The translations under genes were made by a program, and so were the position numbers. DNA of 64,000 nucleotides from Bdellovibrionota bacterium (GTDB taxonomy: Bacteria; Bdellovibrionota_G; JALEGL01; DATDPG01): positions 1,504,001 through 1,568,000 of the forward strand of contig OY764265.1 of the NCBI GenBank assembly GCA_963668355.1, read 5' to 3'. This document shows, in pieces, positions 36,469 through 47,251 of the stretch (the first letter of the stretch is position 1; each line of letters opens with the position of its first letter). The notes beneath the pieces are model-generated. The model was not told where the DNA came from. It made no database searches and saw only the letters and a program-made list of their open reading frames with translations.

Positions 36469-39093
36469 ATGGCAAGCAGTGGAGCAGATACGCCGCTCAT
36501 GCGGCAATACAATGAAATTAAGTCTCAGCATCAAGATGCGATTCTGCTCTTTCGTTTGGGCGATTTTTACGAGATGTTTTTTGAGGATGCCAAGGTGGCT
36601 TCGAAGATTCTCGACATCGCCTTAACTTCTCGAGACAAAAAATCGAAAAATCCGGTGCCTTTATGTGGTGTTCCTCACCATGCCGTGACGGGCTACATCT
36701 CTAAATTACTAAACGAAGGGTGCAAGGTTGCCCTGTGTGAACAAATCGAAGATCCGAAAGATGCAAAAGGGATTGTGAAGCGAGAAGTGGTTCGCGTCAT
36801 TTCTCCGGGAATGCAAACTGACGCAGAAGGCTTGGAGGCCACGGAGACCAACTCCTTGGTGGCTTTGTTTGCCAAAAAGGATGAGTTTGGTCTGGCTTGG
36901 ATTGATGTGGCGGGAGGTTCTTTCTACATCGCGACATTTAAAGACCTCATCGCGGCCGAAGCGGAGTTGTGGAAGTTGTCTCCTCGTGAGGTTATTGTTC
37001 CCGAGGGCTTGGAGGGAAAAGCTTTTGAGCGGTGGATTCAGCTGTACTCTGTGACTCATTCGGGGTTGCGTGTCGAACGACTTGCGGATTGGGTTTATGA
37101 AAAAGCTCCGCAGAAATTGGCTGAACGATTTCAAGTGGGAACCCTGCATGGGTTTGGTTTGGAGAATAAAGGCGTGGGAGTTGCCGCGGCTTGGGGACTT
37201 CTTCACTACACTGAAGGCGTTAACCGTTCTCCTTTGCCTCACCTTTATCCGCCGGTGGCGCATGAGGTTGATCGCTTTTTGCAGCTCGATCCGGCCACGG
37301 AAAGCAGTCTTGAGATTTTTCGAAACCAAAACCTAAGCGAGTCCAACCACACGCTGTTTGATGCGCTCAATGAAACTGAAACTGCCATGGGGGCTCGTCA
37401 ATTGAAAGTTTGGCTTCGGTTTCCTTTGAGGGATGTGCAAGGAATATCCGAGCGCCTGGATGTGGTTGAAGAGTTGTTGGAAGGTGTGAGCTTACGAGAA
37501 AGTCTCCAAAAAGAGTTTGAGCATGTTTATGATTTGGAGCGCTTGATCGGGAGGGTTGCGGGGGCAAGAGCCAATGCACGCGATTTGGTCGCTTTAAGGT
37601 CCACGTTATGGCGCGCAGACCGTATTCATACGCTTCTGACTTCTGCAAAGGCCAAAAAACTCCAAGACCTTCGTCAGGATATCATTCCGGATGCCTCTTT
37701 ATTGAATCGACTTGAGAAAGCTTTGCTGGATGACCCGCCTTTTTCGACGCGAGAAGGGCGAATGATCCGTGAGGGCTTTTCCCCTGAGTTGGATTCTTTG
37801 CGCCAAGGTGCCCAAGGAAATAAGGGATGGATTGCTGAGCTTGAAAGGAAAGAGCGAGAGCGTACGGGGATTTCTTCACTCAAGGTTTCTTACAATCGAG
37901 TGTTTGGTTATTACATCGAAATCACAAAAAGTAATCTTTCCAAGGTTCCCGAAAACTATCATCGCAAACAAACCTTGGTTAATGCTGAAAGATTTGTAAC
38001 TCCTGAACTGAAGGAGCGTGAAAACTGGATTCTGAGTGCGGAAGAAAAAATTTATGCCTTGGAGCATGAACTTTTTGAAAAGCTGCGCTCTGAGGTCAGC
38101 CATCAAATGCGAGAAATTCAAGCCTTGGGAAAGGCGATGGCCGACTTGGATGTGTTTTGTTCCTTGGCTCGTGTGGCCGGACGCTCCAAATACTGTCGGC
38201 CCACACTCCATGATGGAGATGAACTTTCAATTCAAGGGGGACGTCATCCGGTCGTTGAGAAATACGCTCAGGATGAACCCTTCGTGCCCAATGATGTGAC
38301 GCTGGATCGGCAGAGCCAGCAACTCATCATTCTCACGGGGCCGAATATGGCCGGAAAATCGACCATCGTTCGTCAATTGGGATTGATTTGTTTGATGGCG
38401 CAAATCGGTTCTTTTGTTCCGGCAGATGAGGCCAGGATTGGTTTGGTCGACAGGATTTATACGCGAGTGGGGGCCTCGGATGATCTTGTGGGGGGAAGAT
38501 CTACGTTTATGGTCGAAATGAGTGAGACGGCCAATATTTTGCGAAGCGCGACCGATCGATCCTTGGTGTTGTTGGATGAAATCGGCCGAGGGACGAGTAC
38601 GTTTGATGGCTTGTCTTTGGCGTGGGCGGTGGCAGAGGACCTTCATGACCGGGTTCAGGCGCGGACCATTTTTGCGACGCATTATCATGAGATCACCGAT
38701 TTGGCGCGGACCAAGTCTCGTGTGAAAAACATGAACGTTATGGTGAAAGAATGGGACGGGAAGATTGTCTTTTTACACACGCTGGCCCAAGGCGCAGTCA
38801 ATCGAAGCTATGGGATTGAAGTGGCCAAACTTGCCGGTATTCCTTTTTCTGTGGTTGAGCGCGCCCGAGAAATCCTCAAAAATTTGGAGAAAAGTGAATT
38901 GGATGCCACAGGGGCTCCGGTTTTGGCCATGGAAGCCCAAAAAGCCCCCAAGAAAGATCAGTTGGAACTGTTTCGCCGAATGGGCGATGACATGCTTGAG
39001 GAACTGAATCGAACGGATTTGGATTGCCTCAGTCCCAGAGAAGCTCTGGATCTCCTATACGAGTGGAGAAACCGGTTCCGGAAAAAGACCTAG
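36469..39093 (+). CDS. mutS: DNA mismatch repair protein MutS
   Basis: TPLMRQY, GDFYEMF, TGPNMAGKST, STFMVEM, DEIGRGTST. Confidence 0.97.
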   Translation: MASSGADTPLMRQYNEIKSQHQDAILLFRLGDFYEMFFEDAKVASKILDIALTSRDKKSKNPVPLCGVPHHAVTGYISKLLNEGCKVALCEQIEDPKDAKGIVKREVVRVISPGMQTDAEGLEATETNSLVALFAKKDEFGLAWIDVAGGSFYIATFKDLIAAEAELWKLSPREVIVPEGLEGKAFERWIQLYSVTHSGLRVERLADWVYEKAPQKLAERFQVGTLHGFGLENKGVGVAAAWGLLHYTEGVNRSPLPHLYPPVAHEVDRFLQLDPATESSLEIFRNQNLSESNHTLFDALNETETAMGARQLKVWLRFPLRDVQGISERLDVVEELLEGVSLRESLQKEFEHVYDLERLIGRVAGARANARDLVALRSTLWRADRIHTLLTSAKAKKLQDLRQDIIPDASLLNRLEKALLDDPPFSTREGRMIREGFSPELDSLRQGAQGNKGWIAELERKERERTGISSLKVSYNRVFGYYIEITKSNLSKVPENYHRKQTLVNAERFVTPELKERENWILSAEEKIYALEHELFEKLRSEVSHQMREIQALGKAMADLDVFCSLARVAGRSKYCRPTLHDGDELSIQGGRHPVVEKYAQDEPFVPNDVTLDRQSQQLIILTGPNMAGKSTIVRQLGLICLMAQIGSFVPADEARIGLVDRIYTRVGASDDLVGGRSTFMVEMSETANILRSATDRSLVLLDEIGRGTSTFDGLSLAWAVAEDLHDRVQARTIFATHYHEITDLARTKSRVKNMNVMVKEWDGKIVFLHTLAQGAVNRSYGIEVAKLAGIPFSVVERAREILKNLEKSELDATGAPVLAMEAQKAPKKDQLELFRRMGDDMLEELNRTDLDCLSPREALDLLYEWRNRFRKKT

Positions 39094-39155
39094 TCGGACA
39101 TTTTTTTGCCTTCGGTAAAAAATTGAAGGTGATTCTGCTATAATTTGCGACATTC

Positions 39156-40823
39156 ATGAAGCTTTGGTTCGCACTCGCGGTGTCCTTTTCAATCTTCGTC
39201 AGTTCATCTGCTTTTGCAGATGCTGGGGATCGTTTATACGAAAGGGCTCGAGCTCAATATCTTTCTGGCAGAAATACCGCCTCAGCGGTGGCAAAGAGAA
39301 GGGCATATTTTTTCTCTGCCAGTGAACTTCGGAAATTTGTCCATGCGTTTGAAGGACATGAAAAAATCCCAAATGCTTATTTCAATCTGGGATCGATTTA
39401 CCGGGACTTACGGGAATTGACGAAAAATCGTGAAGATGTTCAAAAATCGATCCAATATTTTCGACAGGTGGTGGCCACAGGTCCGAAAAGCAGCTTGGCG
39501 GACGATGCATTGTTTGAAGTGGCGGCGCTGTGTGACGAATATTTAAAGGATCAAAAATGTGTCCAGCAAGCAAGAAACCGTATTCGGACCGAATATCCTG
39601 ATGGAGATATGTTTCAGAAACTTCCCGGCGAGACACCCTCGAAGAGTCTCCCGGTGGCAGATTCCGGTCCGGCGAAAGTCACCGGCCTGAAACTTCAGAA
39701 CCCAGGTGGCGAGACCTCTCTTCGCGTAACTCTTTCAGTTTCTAAGCCATTTTCTCAAAATCATTTGGCGGCCAATCAAGAATACAAACTTCCAGCCCGG
39801 TTTTATCTCGATATTCCCGACTCCAAGCTCGAGGCAAATGCAGACTCGGTGGATCTTCCCTCGGGACTTCCTTTTTCTCGGGTTCGATTTGGGCAAAATA
39901 CGAAGAATGTTGTCCGGGTTGTTTTCGACTTGAACCAAGGGACCAACCCCGAGGATATTCACGCTCAGGCTGTGCCGGGTGGAATTGAGGTTGGGGTTGT
40001 TTCGGAAGGACAAAAAAAAGCGACGGCCTCTACGATTCCAAAGCCGCTATCTCTTCCCATTCCTGTCGTTCCCCCTGCGCCCAAGACGAATAAACGAGTC
40101 ATCATTGTGGACGCGGGTCATGGAGGCGAAGACCCTGGAGCCATTGGTCGCAGGGGGACGAAGGAGAAAGATATTTGTCTCGCCATTGCGAAGCGTGTGA
40201 GTCGAAAGCTTAAGGCGAAATCGAAATACGAAGTGCACATGACTCGCACGGATGATCGTTTCATTGAGTTGATTGACCGAACGCGTTTGGCCAACAAGTG
40301 GGCGGGGGATCTATTTGTATCCATCCATGCCAATGCAAGTCCTCGTAGATCTGCGCGAGGAATTTCTACCTACTTTCTGGATAACGCAGACGACGCAGAG
40401 TCGTTGCGAGTAGCGGAGCGAGAAAACGGCGTGATTCGAAAGGTGTCTCAGGCAAAAGGTACGCGCTCGGATGAATATATGCTGGAAATCACCAAGGCTT
40501 CCATGGCTAAAACGTTTCATACAACACAATCTTCGGTTTTGGCTGCCAAGGTTCAGTCCGCCATGATGAAGAAGGTTTCGAAAAAGTATTCAAGAGTACA
40601 TGACGTGGGGGTAAGAAGTGCTCAGTTTTTTGTGTTAACGGGGGCGGAGATGCCAGCGATTTTGGTTGAAACGTCGTTCATCTCCAATCGAGAAGAAGAA
40701 AAAAGATTAAAGAATTCTCGATACCAGGATCTCTTGGCTGAGGCGATCATTCATGGAATTGAAGCCTACTTTGAAAGCCCGCAGGGAAAAGGCGATCACG
40801 CAGCCTTGTATCAATTAAAATAA
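39156..40823 (+). CDS. N-acetylmuramoyl-L-alanine amidase (TPR + AMIN + Amidase_3)
   Basis: DAGHGGEDPGA, EK, SIHANA, LVETSFISN; signal peptide. Confidence 0.9.
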   Translation: MKLWFALAVSFSIFVSSSAFADAGDRLYERARAQYLSGRNTASAVAKRRAYFFSASELRKFVHAFEGHEKIPNAYFNLGSIYRDLRELTKNREDVQKSIQYFRQVVATGPKSSLADDALFEVAALCDEYLKDQKCVQQARNRIRTEYPDGDMFQKLPGETPSKSLPVADSGPAKVTGLKLQNPGGETSLRVTLSVSKPFSQNHLAANQEYKLPARFYLDIPDSKLEANADSVDLPSGLPFSRVRFGQNTKNVVRVVFDLNQGTNPEDIHAQAVPGGIEVGVVSEGQKKATASTIPKPLSLPIPVVPPAPKTNKRVIIVDAGHGGEDPGAIGRRGTKEKDICLAIAKRVSRKLKAKSKYEVHMTRTDDRFIELIDRTRLANKWAGDLFVSIHANASPRRSARGISTYFLDNADDAESLRVAERENGVIRKVSQAKGTRSDEYMLEITKASMAKTFHTTQSSVLAAKVQSAMMKKVSKKYSRVHDVGVRSAQFFVLTGAEMPAILVETSFISNREEEKRLKNSRYQDLLAEAIIHGIEAYFESPQGKGDHAALYQLK

Positions 40824-43225
40824 TGTCCTTTTCTTATCTAGGATTTTCGCGATCTCGTCGGTTGGCTCAACGTCGTGATCGAGTTTTGTTGGCGCAATTG
40901 CCCTCCAATATGGAGCCAAAAGGGTGGGCCATTTTACCCACGGGCGGATATGGACGTTTTGAGGTCACTCCCTTTTCGGATTCCGATATCTTGATTTTGG
41001 TTTCTACGGAACAAGATCTGAGGTGGATTGAAGACTTTGTTCACCGGGTGTGGGAACTCGGTCCTCCGTTGGGCTATTCCATTCGCACCCTTTCTGAAAC
41101 CTGGGAAGCCATGGACAAAGACGTCAAGTCTCTCGCGAGCTACCTGGATGCCCGTTTTTTAGTGGGAGATGAGGGTTTGTTTCGTTCCTTTCACCAAGAC
41201 CGTCGCAAGGCCATTTCTGGAACCAAAGGAGTTCGGTTTCTGGAACAAAAATGGGAGGAACGGGAACATCGCCTGGGTCAGCTCGGCATGAGTGTTCGGA
41301 TGCAGGAACCCGAACTCAAAGAAGGCCGGGGTGGCCTTAGAGATTATCAATTTTTGCGTTGGGTGATGTACGTGAAAACGGAAATGTCCGCACATTCCTT
41401 TTGGACCTGGTTTGGACGGGAACGAGGGGCTCGTTTGGCCAAGGATATCCATCAAGGCGCAGATTGGCTGATGCACGTGAGATCTCTTTTGCACGAAACC
41501 AATGAACGACCTGTGAATCGTTTGGGGTTTTCGGATCAAGAAATCATTGCCAAAAAAATGGGCTTTGGACATTCGAAAAGCGGGAGAGCTGCAGAAAAAT
41601 TGATGACTCTTTTTTTCACTCACGCGGATCAAATCGCAACGACCCTGGAAAATTGGCATGTCAATGGGTTTGAGCGATTCGTCGGAGAGTCAAAAAAGAA
41701 ACGTCGTTGTTTCCCGCGGGAAATGCTTCAGAGGCTCAGAACCATCGACTCATCGCCTGTGGAAATTTCGACGCTGGCGAGCGAGTTGAGTGCTTTTGCT
41801 TCGGGAAAGATTGCCCATGAGGAAAAGAAGGCTTTCTATGTCTATTTTTTAGAAAGTTTCGAAGATCCTTCTGTGCTTCCCATCATTCTGAGAGTCTTTG
41901 ACCGAAGCGGCCTATTTTCTCGATTGTTTCCAGAATGGAAGCGGATTCGCAATCGCATCCAACATAATTATCTGCATGCATTTTCCATCGATGAACATTT
42001 GCTAAGAGCGGTAGAAGAGCTGTGTCGGGGAATTCTCAGTGGGGAATTCGTGGGACTTTCGCTCGAACGTGACCGAAAGATCGTTCTTTTGGCGGCCTGT
42101 CTGCACGATATCGGAAAAGGATCTGAGAAAGATCATGTGCTTTATGGGTGTGAAATTGCCAAACATGTTTTGGATCGTTTGGAGATTGGGCGGAAAGATC
42201 AATTTGATGTTCTGTTTCTCATCAAACATCATCTTCTTCTCTCTCATACGGCGCAGCGAAGTGACTTGGGTGATCGAAAGGTCATTGAACGCTTTGCGAG
42301 AGTGGTACGTACACGTGAGCGTTTGAACTGGCTTTATGCCCTCACTGTTTCAGATATTCGAGCCACGGGGAGTGGGGTGTATACGGAGTGGAAGGCCAGT
42401 TTGTTGCGAAATCTTGTCCAGCAAACCCGAAATTTTTGGCAAGACGAGGGCGTGACTCAGCAGAACATGACAAGCATTCGATCGCATTTGATTGGTCAAA
42501 TGGAACGAAGTGCAAATGTTCCAAAGTTCACGAAAACATGGGCTGCATTTGGCCGGCAGCTTCCGCTTCGATATTTTTCTGAAGTCACCCAAAACCAGAT
42601 TTTGCAGGATGACCGACTCTTGTCCTTTAAACCTGTGGGGAACCAGTTGGTTTTGGAGTTTTCAGAGAGCCAAAATGTGGGCGAAGTCGTGTTGACACTG
42701 GTTGCGAAGGACCAAAGTGGATTTTTTGAAAAAGTAGCGCGCGTTTTGGCGCATGAAGATTGGAACGTTCGGCGTGCACTGATTTACACCACCAAGTCCG
42801 GATGGGTGCTAGATCGATTTGTCTTGGATCTTCCCCGACGTTTTGAACATCGTGCCCATCGATTACGAGAAAGTCTTCAGGCTTCGCTGAAGATGAGTCG
42901 AGAGAGGTTGAGGGAAAACGTAAAGAAATCCAGACTTCCGAGTCGGGCGACTCCATATATTCCAAAACAGATTGTTTTACGAGAAGACAAGCGGAGAAAT
43001 CGCATGATCATCGAAATTTATGCCCGCGATCGAAAAGGACTGATGGCAGACTTCGCGTCTTGTTTTTCTGTGGAAAATTTGGGCATTCAACAGGCTCAAA
43101 TTGTGACGGAAGGCCAGCGCGTGGCCGATATTTTTTTTGTAACGCCTCAGCAAGGGAGAGCCTTGCCCAATAAAGGAAAATTAAAAAAACTCCAAGAGCG
43201 ATTGATGTCCGTCGTTTCTACTTGA
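40823..43225 (+). CDS. glnD: [Protein-PII] uridylyltransferase-like protein
   Basis: GGYGR...SDSDI, KEGRGGLRD, LHDIGKG, two ACT domains. Confidence 0.85.
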   Translation: MSFSYLGFSRSRRLAQRRDRVLLAQLPSNMEPKGWAILPTGGYGRFEVTPFSDSDILILVSTEQDLRWIEDFVHRVWELGPPLGYSIRTLSETWEAMDKDVKSLASYLDARFLVGDEGLFRSFHQDRRKAISGTKGVRFLEQKWEEREHRLGQLGMSVRMQEPELKEGRGGLRDYQFLRWVMYVKTEMSAHSFWTWFGRERGARLAKDIHQGADWLMHVRSLLHETNERPVNRLGFSDQEIIAKKMGFGHSKSGRAAEKLMTLFFTHADQIATTLENWHVNGFERFVGESKKKRRCFPREMLQRLRTIDSSPVEISTLASELSAFASGKIAHEEKKAFYVYFLESFEDPSVLPIILRVFDRSGLFSRLFPEWKRIRNRIQHNYLHAFSIDEHLLRAVEELCRGILSGEFVGLSLERDRKIVLLAACLHDIGKGSEKDHVLYGCEIAKHVLDRLEIGRKDQFDVLFLIKHHLLLSHTAQRSDLGDRKVIERFARVVRTRERLNWLYALTVSDIRATGSGVYTEWKASLLRNLVQQTRNFWQDEGVTQQNMTSIRSHLIGQMERSANVPKFTKTWAAFGRQLPLRYFSEVTQNQILQDDRLLSFKPVGNQLVLEFSESQNVGEVVLTLVAKDQSGFFEKVARVLAHEDWNVRRALIYTTKSGWVLDRFVLDLPRRFEHRAHRLRESLQASLKMSRERLRENVKKSRLPSRATPYIPKQIVLREDKRRNRMIIEIYARDRKGLMADFASCFSVENLGIQQAQIVTEGQRVADIFFVTPQQGRALPNKGKLKKLQERLMSVVST

Positions 43226-43637
43226 GGCGAATTTTCTTTTCGTAAGGGAAGAGGTGCGTCCCATCCAACGCCTTTCCATCTTCCACCGTAATGGAAACCG
43301 GTTTCTGCGAGTTCCTGAGAGCTTTGCAGGCCTCAGGATCTTGGATGGAAAGATGGTAGCGAGTGGGTCCGATGGAGAACACATTCATGATTTGAGTGAT
43401 GACTCCTTCTAGCCCGTCCGCTTGCTCCGCATCTAAAACAGCGGTGGGTGTTTGGCTTAAAGGTCCCGAAAACTCTGCTTCTAGGTCCAAGCAACCTTTA
43501 TGCAATCGGGATTCAGATATTTGTTTGACTTCGACATCTGAAAACCCGTCGGGGGCTTGCTCCCCTGCCCACGCATAAAACGGCAGGGTCGCCACGAACA
43601 GAATCATACTCCTGGCTATGAAACTCATGACCTGCAT
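43218..43637 (-). CDS. Hypothetical exported protein
   Basis: Signal-like N-terminus ending AWA; start uncertain. Confidence 0.55.
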   Translation of the reverse strand: MQVMSFIARSMILFVATLPFYAWAGEQAPDGFSDVEVKQISESRLHKGCLDLEAEFSGPLSQTPTAVLDAEQADGLEGVITQIMNVFSIGPTRYHLSIQDPEACKALRNSQKPVSITVEDGKALDGTHLFPYEKKIRLK

Positions 43638-43679
43638 CTTATGACGACCCCAATCTTTCATAAAAGGTTTTTCCTTATG

Positions 43680-44537
43680 TTAATCCCAAAAATTTAGCTC
43701 TTCGGAATGTGGACCCATATGTTGGCTTTGTAGGTCGATGGCATCGAAAACCTTTACCTCAATCGAGGAAAGCCAACCAAAGCTAAAGCCATAGGGCAAG
43801 TAGGTGTAAGCAATAAACGATCGGTTGTCTGAAGAATAGGGATTTCGTTCGATCGCCATATTTCCTTCAGAAGCCACGCTGAACTGATCCAGAAAATCCC
43901 AACCCGTATTGGTGGCAAACAATCGATAGTACACACTGCCAATATCTTGAATGTCTTCATTGAACAGGATGTTCACGCCGATGATGGGGTTCCCCGCAGC
44001 ATCAGAGAAGAACTGAAGATCCATGTCCACGATTTGAGGGGCTCCCGGAAGAGAATAGACACTGGTTACATCCGAGGCCAGTCCCGTATAAAAAGGAACA
44101 TATGTGGTGGCCACAAGTGTTCTTCCAGAAGCGGATTGAATCGAGGCACTTAACTTCATTTGGTATAGCGCGCCATAGACAAATGAGAAATCAAGACCGG
44201 GTTCCCAGACAATTTCCATATTCGAATACTGTGCGGAGATGGTTCCTTCGTCTGTGATGTCTCGAATTCCCGTAGCTGTGCGTTCTTGAACCGTAACCGC
44301 CCCAGCAATCGAAGTGGGATCTATTTGTTCATTGAAACGAACGACGATATTGGAATTGAGAGGCACCAGTTCTTCTTCGTAATTGGGATCTGAGAACAAG
44401 ACTCGAAATCCACTTAAACTCGAAGGTTGAAGGGTGTCCCATCTGCTATATTGACCTTCGTCGCCGCATCCAGCAAAGAAGAGGGAGAGCCCGGCCAGGA
44501 GAATAAGAGTTTGACTCAATTTTCTTTTGCTCAACAT
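43680..44537 (-). CDS. Lipoprotein with Ig-like (Big_5-type) domain
   Basis: Lipobox FAGC; VPLNSNIVVRFNEQIDPTS; AGGAG RBS before ATG 44537. Confidence 0.8.
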   Translation of the reverse strand: MLSKRKLSQTLILLAGLSLFFAGCGDEGQYSRWDTLQPSSLSGFRVLFSDPNYEEELVPLNSNIVVRFNEQIDPTSIAGAVTVQERTATGIRDITDEGTISAQYSNMEIVWEPGLDFSFVYGALYQMKLSASIQSASGRTLVATTYVPFYTGLASDVTSVYSLPGAPQIVDMDLQFFSDAAGNPIIGVNILFNEDIQDIGSVYYRLFATNTGWDFLDQFSVASEGNMAIERNPYSSDNRSFIAYTYLPYGFSFGWLSSIEVKVFDAIDLQSQHMGPHSEELNFWD

Positions 44538-44568
44538 AGTTTTTGCTCCTTGTACGAACACTCTTAAC

Positions 44569-44610
44569 GCAAGCCGCGTGCCAGCTCGACAACCTGTTAA
44601 CATATTGAAA
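44569..44610 (-). promoter_or_regulatory. sigma54 promoter with upstream IHF-like site
   Basis: TGGCAC-GCGGC-TTGC (44583-44569); TTTCAA-TATG-TTA (44610-44598). Confidence 0.8.
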
Positions 44611-44705
44611 ATAAACGAAAAATATTCAGTCTTTCAAAGAAAAGAGTGGCGGAAACTCAGCAATTGACCCGCTCATGCCCCATTTTCAGCAGAGGAGGGG
44701 GTGGA

Positions 44706-45704
44706 CTAAAGTTTGCCCAAACAGGTCCAGTTTGTGGCTTCGACGACTTCTTTCTCGGTTTTAAACGTAGTCGTGGTCTTGGGAGGTATCCGAAGGGGGC
44801 GAATCCAACCGAAGATCAGGAGGGCCAGGAAGGGAGCCCATAGGAATGTGCGGAATGTTCTTTGAGGTTTGAGGATGAAGGATCCTGAAAATGTCGAAAA
44901 CTGAAAGGAATCTGGGTCTGGAAGGGTGGCAGTGGAGGGGTGGGTGAGAAGTGCGCTGCCCCATGTGGCCAGATTATATTGGTGAGACTGTGTGGTTTCT
45001 AGAATCTCCGAAAGACGACGTTTGAACTTTTTTCGAGATTGCGAGGGGGCAGAAACTTCTGTCAAAAAACGCTCGGCCTCTTGAATCTCGGAATGAAGCT
45101 CTTTAATTCGAAGAACGACTTTTTCTTCCTTTTCTTTGAAGATCGAAACGTCATCGTTCTGGTTTTCTTTTGTCTCGATGGCTTTTTTCAGAAGAGAAAG
45201 TTGGGTTTCACGGTTTTCTAGCTGGTTCTTTAGGTCCTTAAGAATGAGCTCGGCTTCGTGGGCAACCTTGTCATCTGCTTGGGCCGTCAATTCAAGTCGA
45301 CTGATGGAGTTATTTAGGGAATGTCGTTCGGTGAGTAGCTTAGAAAGTTCCGCCTCGGTAGATTGAATTCTTTTTTGAAGGTTCGTTCGATTCGTCCATC
45401 CAAGGGTTTGGGGAACCTCTTGAAGAATCCACGATCTAAGCTCTTCATTGAACGTTCTGTGGAGGGATGTCGATGAGCACGTGATGAGATCTTTCGTTTT
45501 GAGTTTGCACTTAAGCGGGATGGAAGACAAAGGGCTCTCTTTTTGTCCTTTTAAGGCAGAAACATATTCTGTCAGCTTCGTTTCCTTTCCTTTAATGCGA
45601 TAACTAAAAGAGACCTTATATTGAGCAGGCAAGAGCCAAATGAGAAAAGAGATGACCCCCGTAAACAATACGAGCTCAAGGGTGTGTCGTCGCTTCCACA
45701 TCAA
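44706..45704 (-). CDS. Two-TM coiled-coil protein, possibly polysaccharide co-polymerase-like
   Basis: N- and C-terminal TM helices flanking a long coiled coil. Confidence 0.65.
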   Translation of the reverse strand: MMWKRRHTLELVLFTGVISFLIWLLPAQYKVSFSYRIKGKETKLTEYVSALKGQKESPLSSIPLKCKLKTKDLITCSSTSLHRTFNEELRSWILQEVPQTLGWTNRTNLQKRIQSTEAELSKLLTERHSLNNSISRLELTAQADDKVAHEAELILKDLKNQLENRETQLSLLKKAIETKENQNDDVSIFKEKEEKVVLRIKELHSEIQEAERFLTEVSAPSQSRKKFKRRLSEILETTQSHQYNLATWGSALLTHPSTATLPDPDSFQFSTFSGSFILKPQRTFRTFLWAPFLALLIFGWIRPLRIPPKTTTTFKTEKEVVEATNWTCLGKL

Positions 45705-47251
45705 AGGGTTTGATCCTTTCTCTCGGTGGGGTGTTTAAATAGCCCCAAACTCAAGAGTAAGAGCAGGGTCACAAAGAAAAAAGGAAGCAAAAGAGGGTGC
45801 TTTAGATAAAAGGTTTCCCCTGTGTGCAGAGAGATTCTTGCGTTAACGAGGTTCTTTGAAAAAAGCTTTGTGGCTTGGTGAAGTCTCCCGTGGGCGTCAA
45901 ACCAACCTGAGATTCCCGTGTTGGCAGATCGCAAGAAAACCCTTCGCGTTTCAATGGCGCGAAATCGTCCGAACTCAAGATGTTGGTAGGGGCCCGAAGT
46001 TTGATCAAACCAGGCGTCATTTGTGATGTTCACCAAAAACTGTGCGCCTCGTTTGACATAGTCCAAGCTTAGGTCTGAGAACAATGACTCGTAGCAGATG
46101 AGAATCCCAAAGGGATGCCCTTTAACGTTTCCGAGTTCTGGGCTGGAGGTTCCATGGGCAAAGTTCCCCGCCGCCGATGGAACGATTTTTCGAATGGGCA
46201 AATATTCGGAAAGAGGAACGTACTCCCCAAAAGGAACGAGGTGCTGCTTTCCATACCAATACGTTACGGCCCCTTGTGAGTTGATGGACCACGCAGAATT
46301 CCAAACTTTACGCTCCTTGCCCTGTGGGCCCCACGAAACGGCTCCGAAGAGTAGCTCGGCGTTTTCTAACACGTCTTTGGCAAACGGAAGGTGGGAAGTT
46401 TCCTGGTAAAGCATGATTGGAAGAGCTGCTTCAGGCCAAATGATCAAGTCTGCTTTGGATGCAACCGCTTTTTGTGTGAGATCCAAATAAGTGTCCAAAA
46501 TCTCGTCTTGCATCTCGGGAAGCCACTTCTTGTCTTGGGAGACGTTCCCTTGCGTCAGGGAGACCGAGAGCGAACCCGAACTCGGTATTTTTTGTCCCAA
46601 TTTCCATGTGCCGTAAATGAGAGCGAAGGAAAAGAAAAAGAGAAAACCCACGACACCCAAGCGGGGAAAGGTCCAGCAAGGCTCTTTTCTTGAGAGCAAT
46701 TCTGAAATGAGAAAATTCGAAAGGAAGATCAAGACATTCAAACCGAAAATTCCTGTTACATCCACAATTTGAATGAGGGGGAGGGCACCCGCGAGAGCGT
46801 ATCCAGGGGTACACCAAGGAAATCCTTGAAATGGAAAATAGACATGTACCCATTCGAGCAAGGAAAAAATCAAAGTCCCTATCAACCAACGAGGTCCGAG
46901 GTTTTTCATTCGGGCCAAAGCCCAAAATGCGGTTCCCCAGAATAATCCTTGTTTGACGACCAAGAGCAACAGAACCACGGAGGCTACGGAAATTGAAATA
47001 TTTCCATACTTGCTGATGGCGATGCCGATCCAATAGAGCGTAAGAAGGTGGGAGAAGAAGCCAAAAGCGAATCCCGTTTTAAAGCTTTCTTTCGCCGTCT
47101 GTTTTTGTGTCAGGACGATGAGGGGAACATAGGCTGCCCAAATCAGAAGGCTCCCTAGCCATAAGGGAAAGAAAGGTTCGGAATAAAAGGCCATTGGAAA
47201 ACAGAGCGCTGAGAGAAAAATGCTTAACCAAAGTTTTTTTTGTTTAAGCAT
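45701..47251 (-). CDS. lnt: Apolipoprotein N-acyltransferase
   Basis: GFPW, QGNV, WPEAA, KQHLVPFGEY, ICYE, TNDAWF, RSANTGIS. Confidence 0.95.
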   Translation of the reverse strand: MLKQKKLWLSIFLSALCFPMAFYSEPFFPLWLGSLLIWAAYVPLIVLTQKQTAKESFKTGFAFGFFSHLLTLYWIGIAISKYGNISISVASVVLLLLVVKQGLFWGTAFWALARMKNLGPRWLIGTLIFSLLEWVHVYFPFQGFPWCTPGYALAGALPLIQIVDVTGIFGLNVLIFLSNFLISELLSRKEPCWTFPRLGVVGFLFFFSFALIYGTWKLGQKIPSSGSLSVSLTQGNVSQDKKWLPEMQDEILDTYLDLTQKAVASKADLIIWPEAALPIMLYQETSHLPFAKDVLENAELLFGAVSWGPQGKERKVWNSAWSINSQGAVTYWYGKQHLVPFGEYVPLSEYLPIRKIVPSAAGNFAHGTSSPELGNVKGHPFGILICYESLFSDLSLDYVKRGAQFLVNITNDAWFDQTSGPYQHLEFGRFRAIETRRVFLRSANTGISGWFDAHGRLHQATKLFSKNLVNARISLHTGETFYLKHPLLLPFFFVTLLLLLSLGLFKHPTERKDQTL

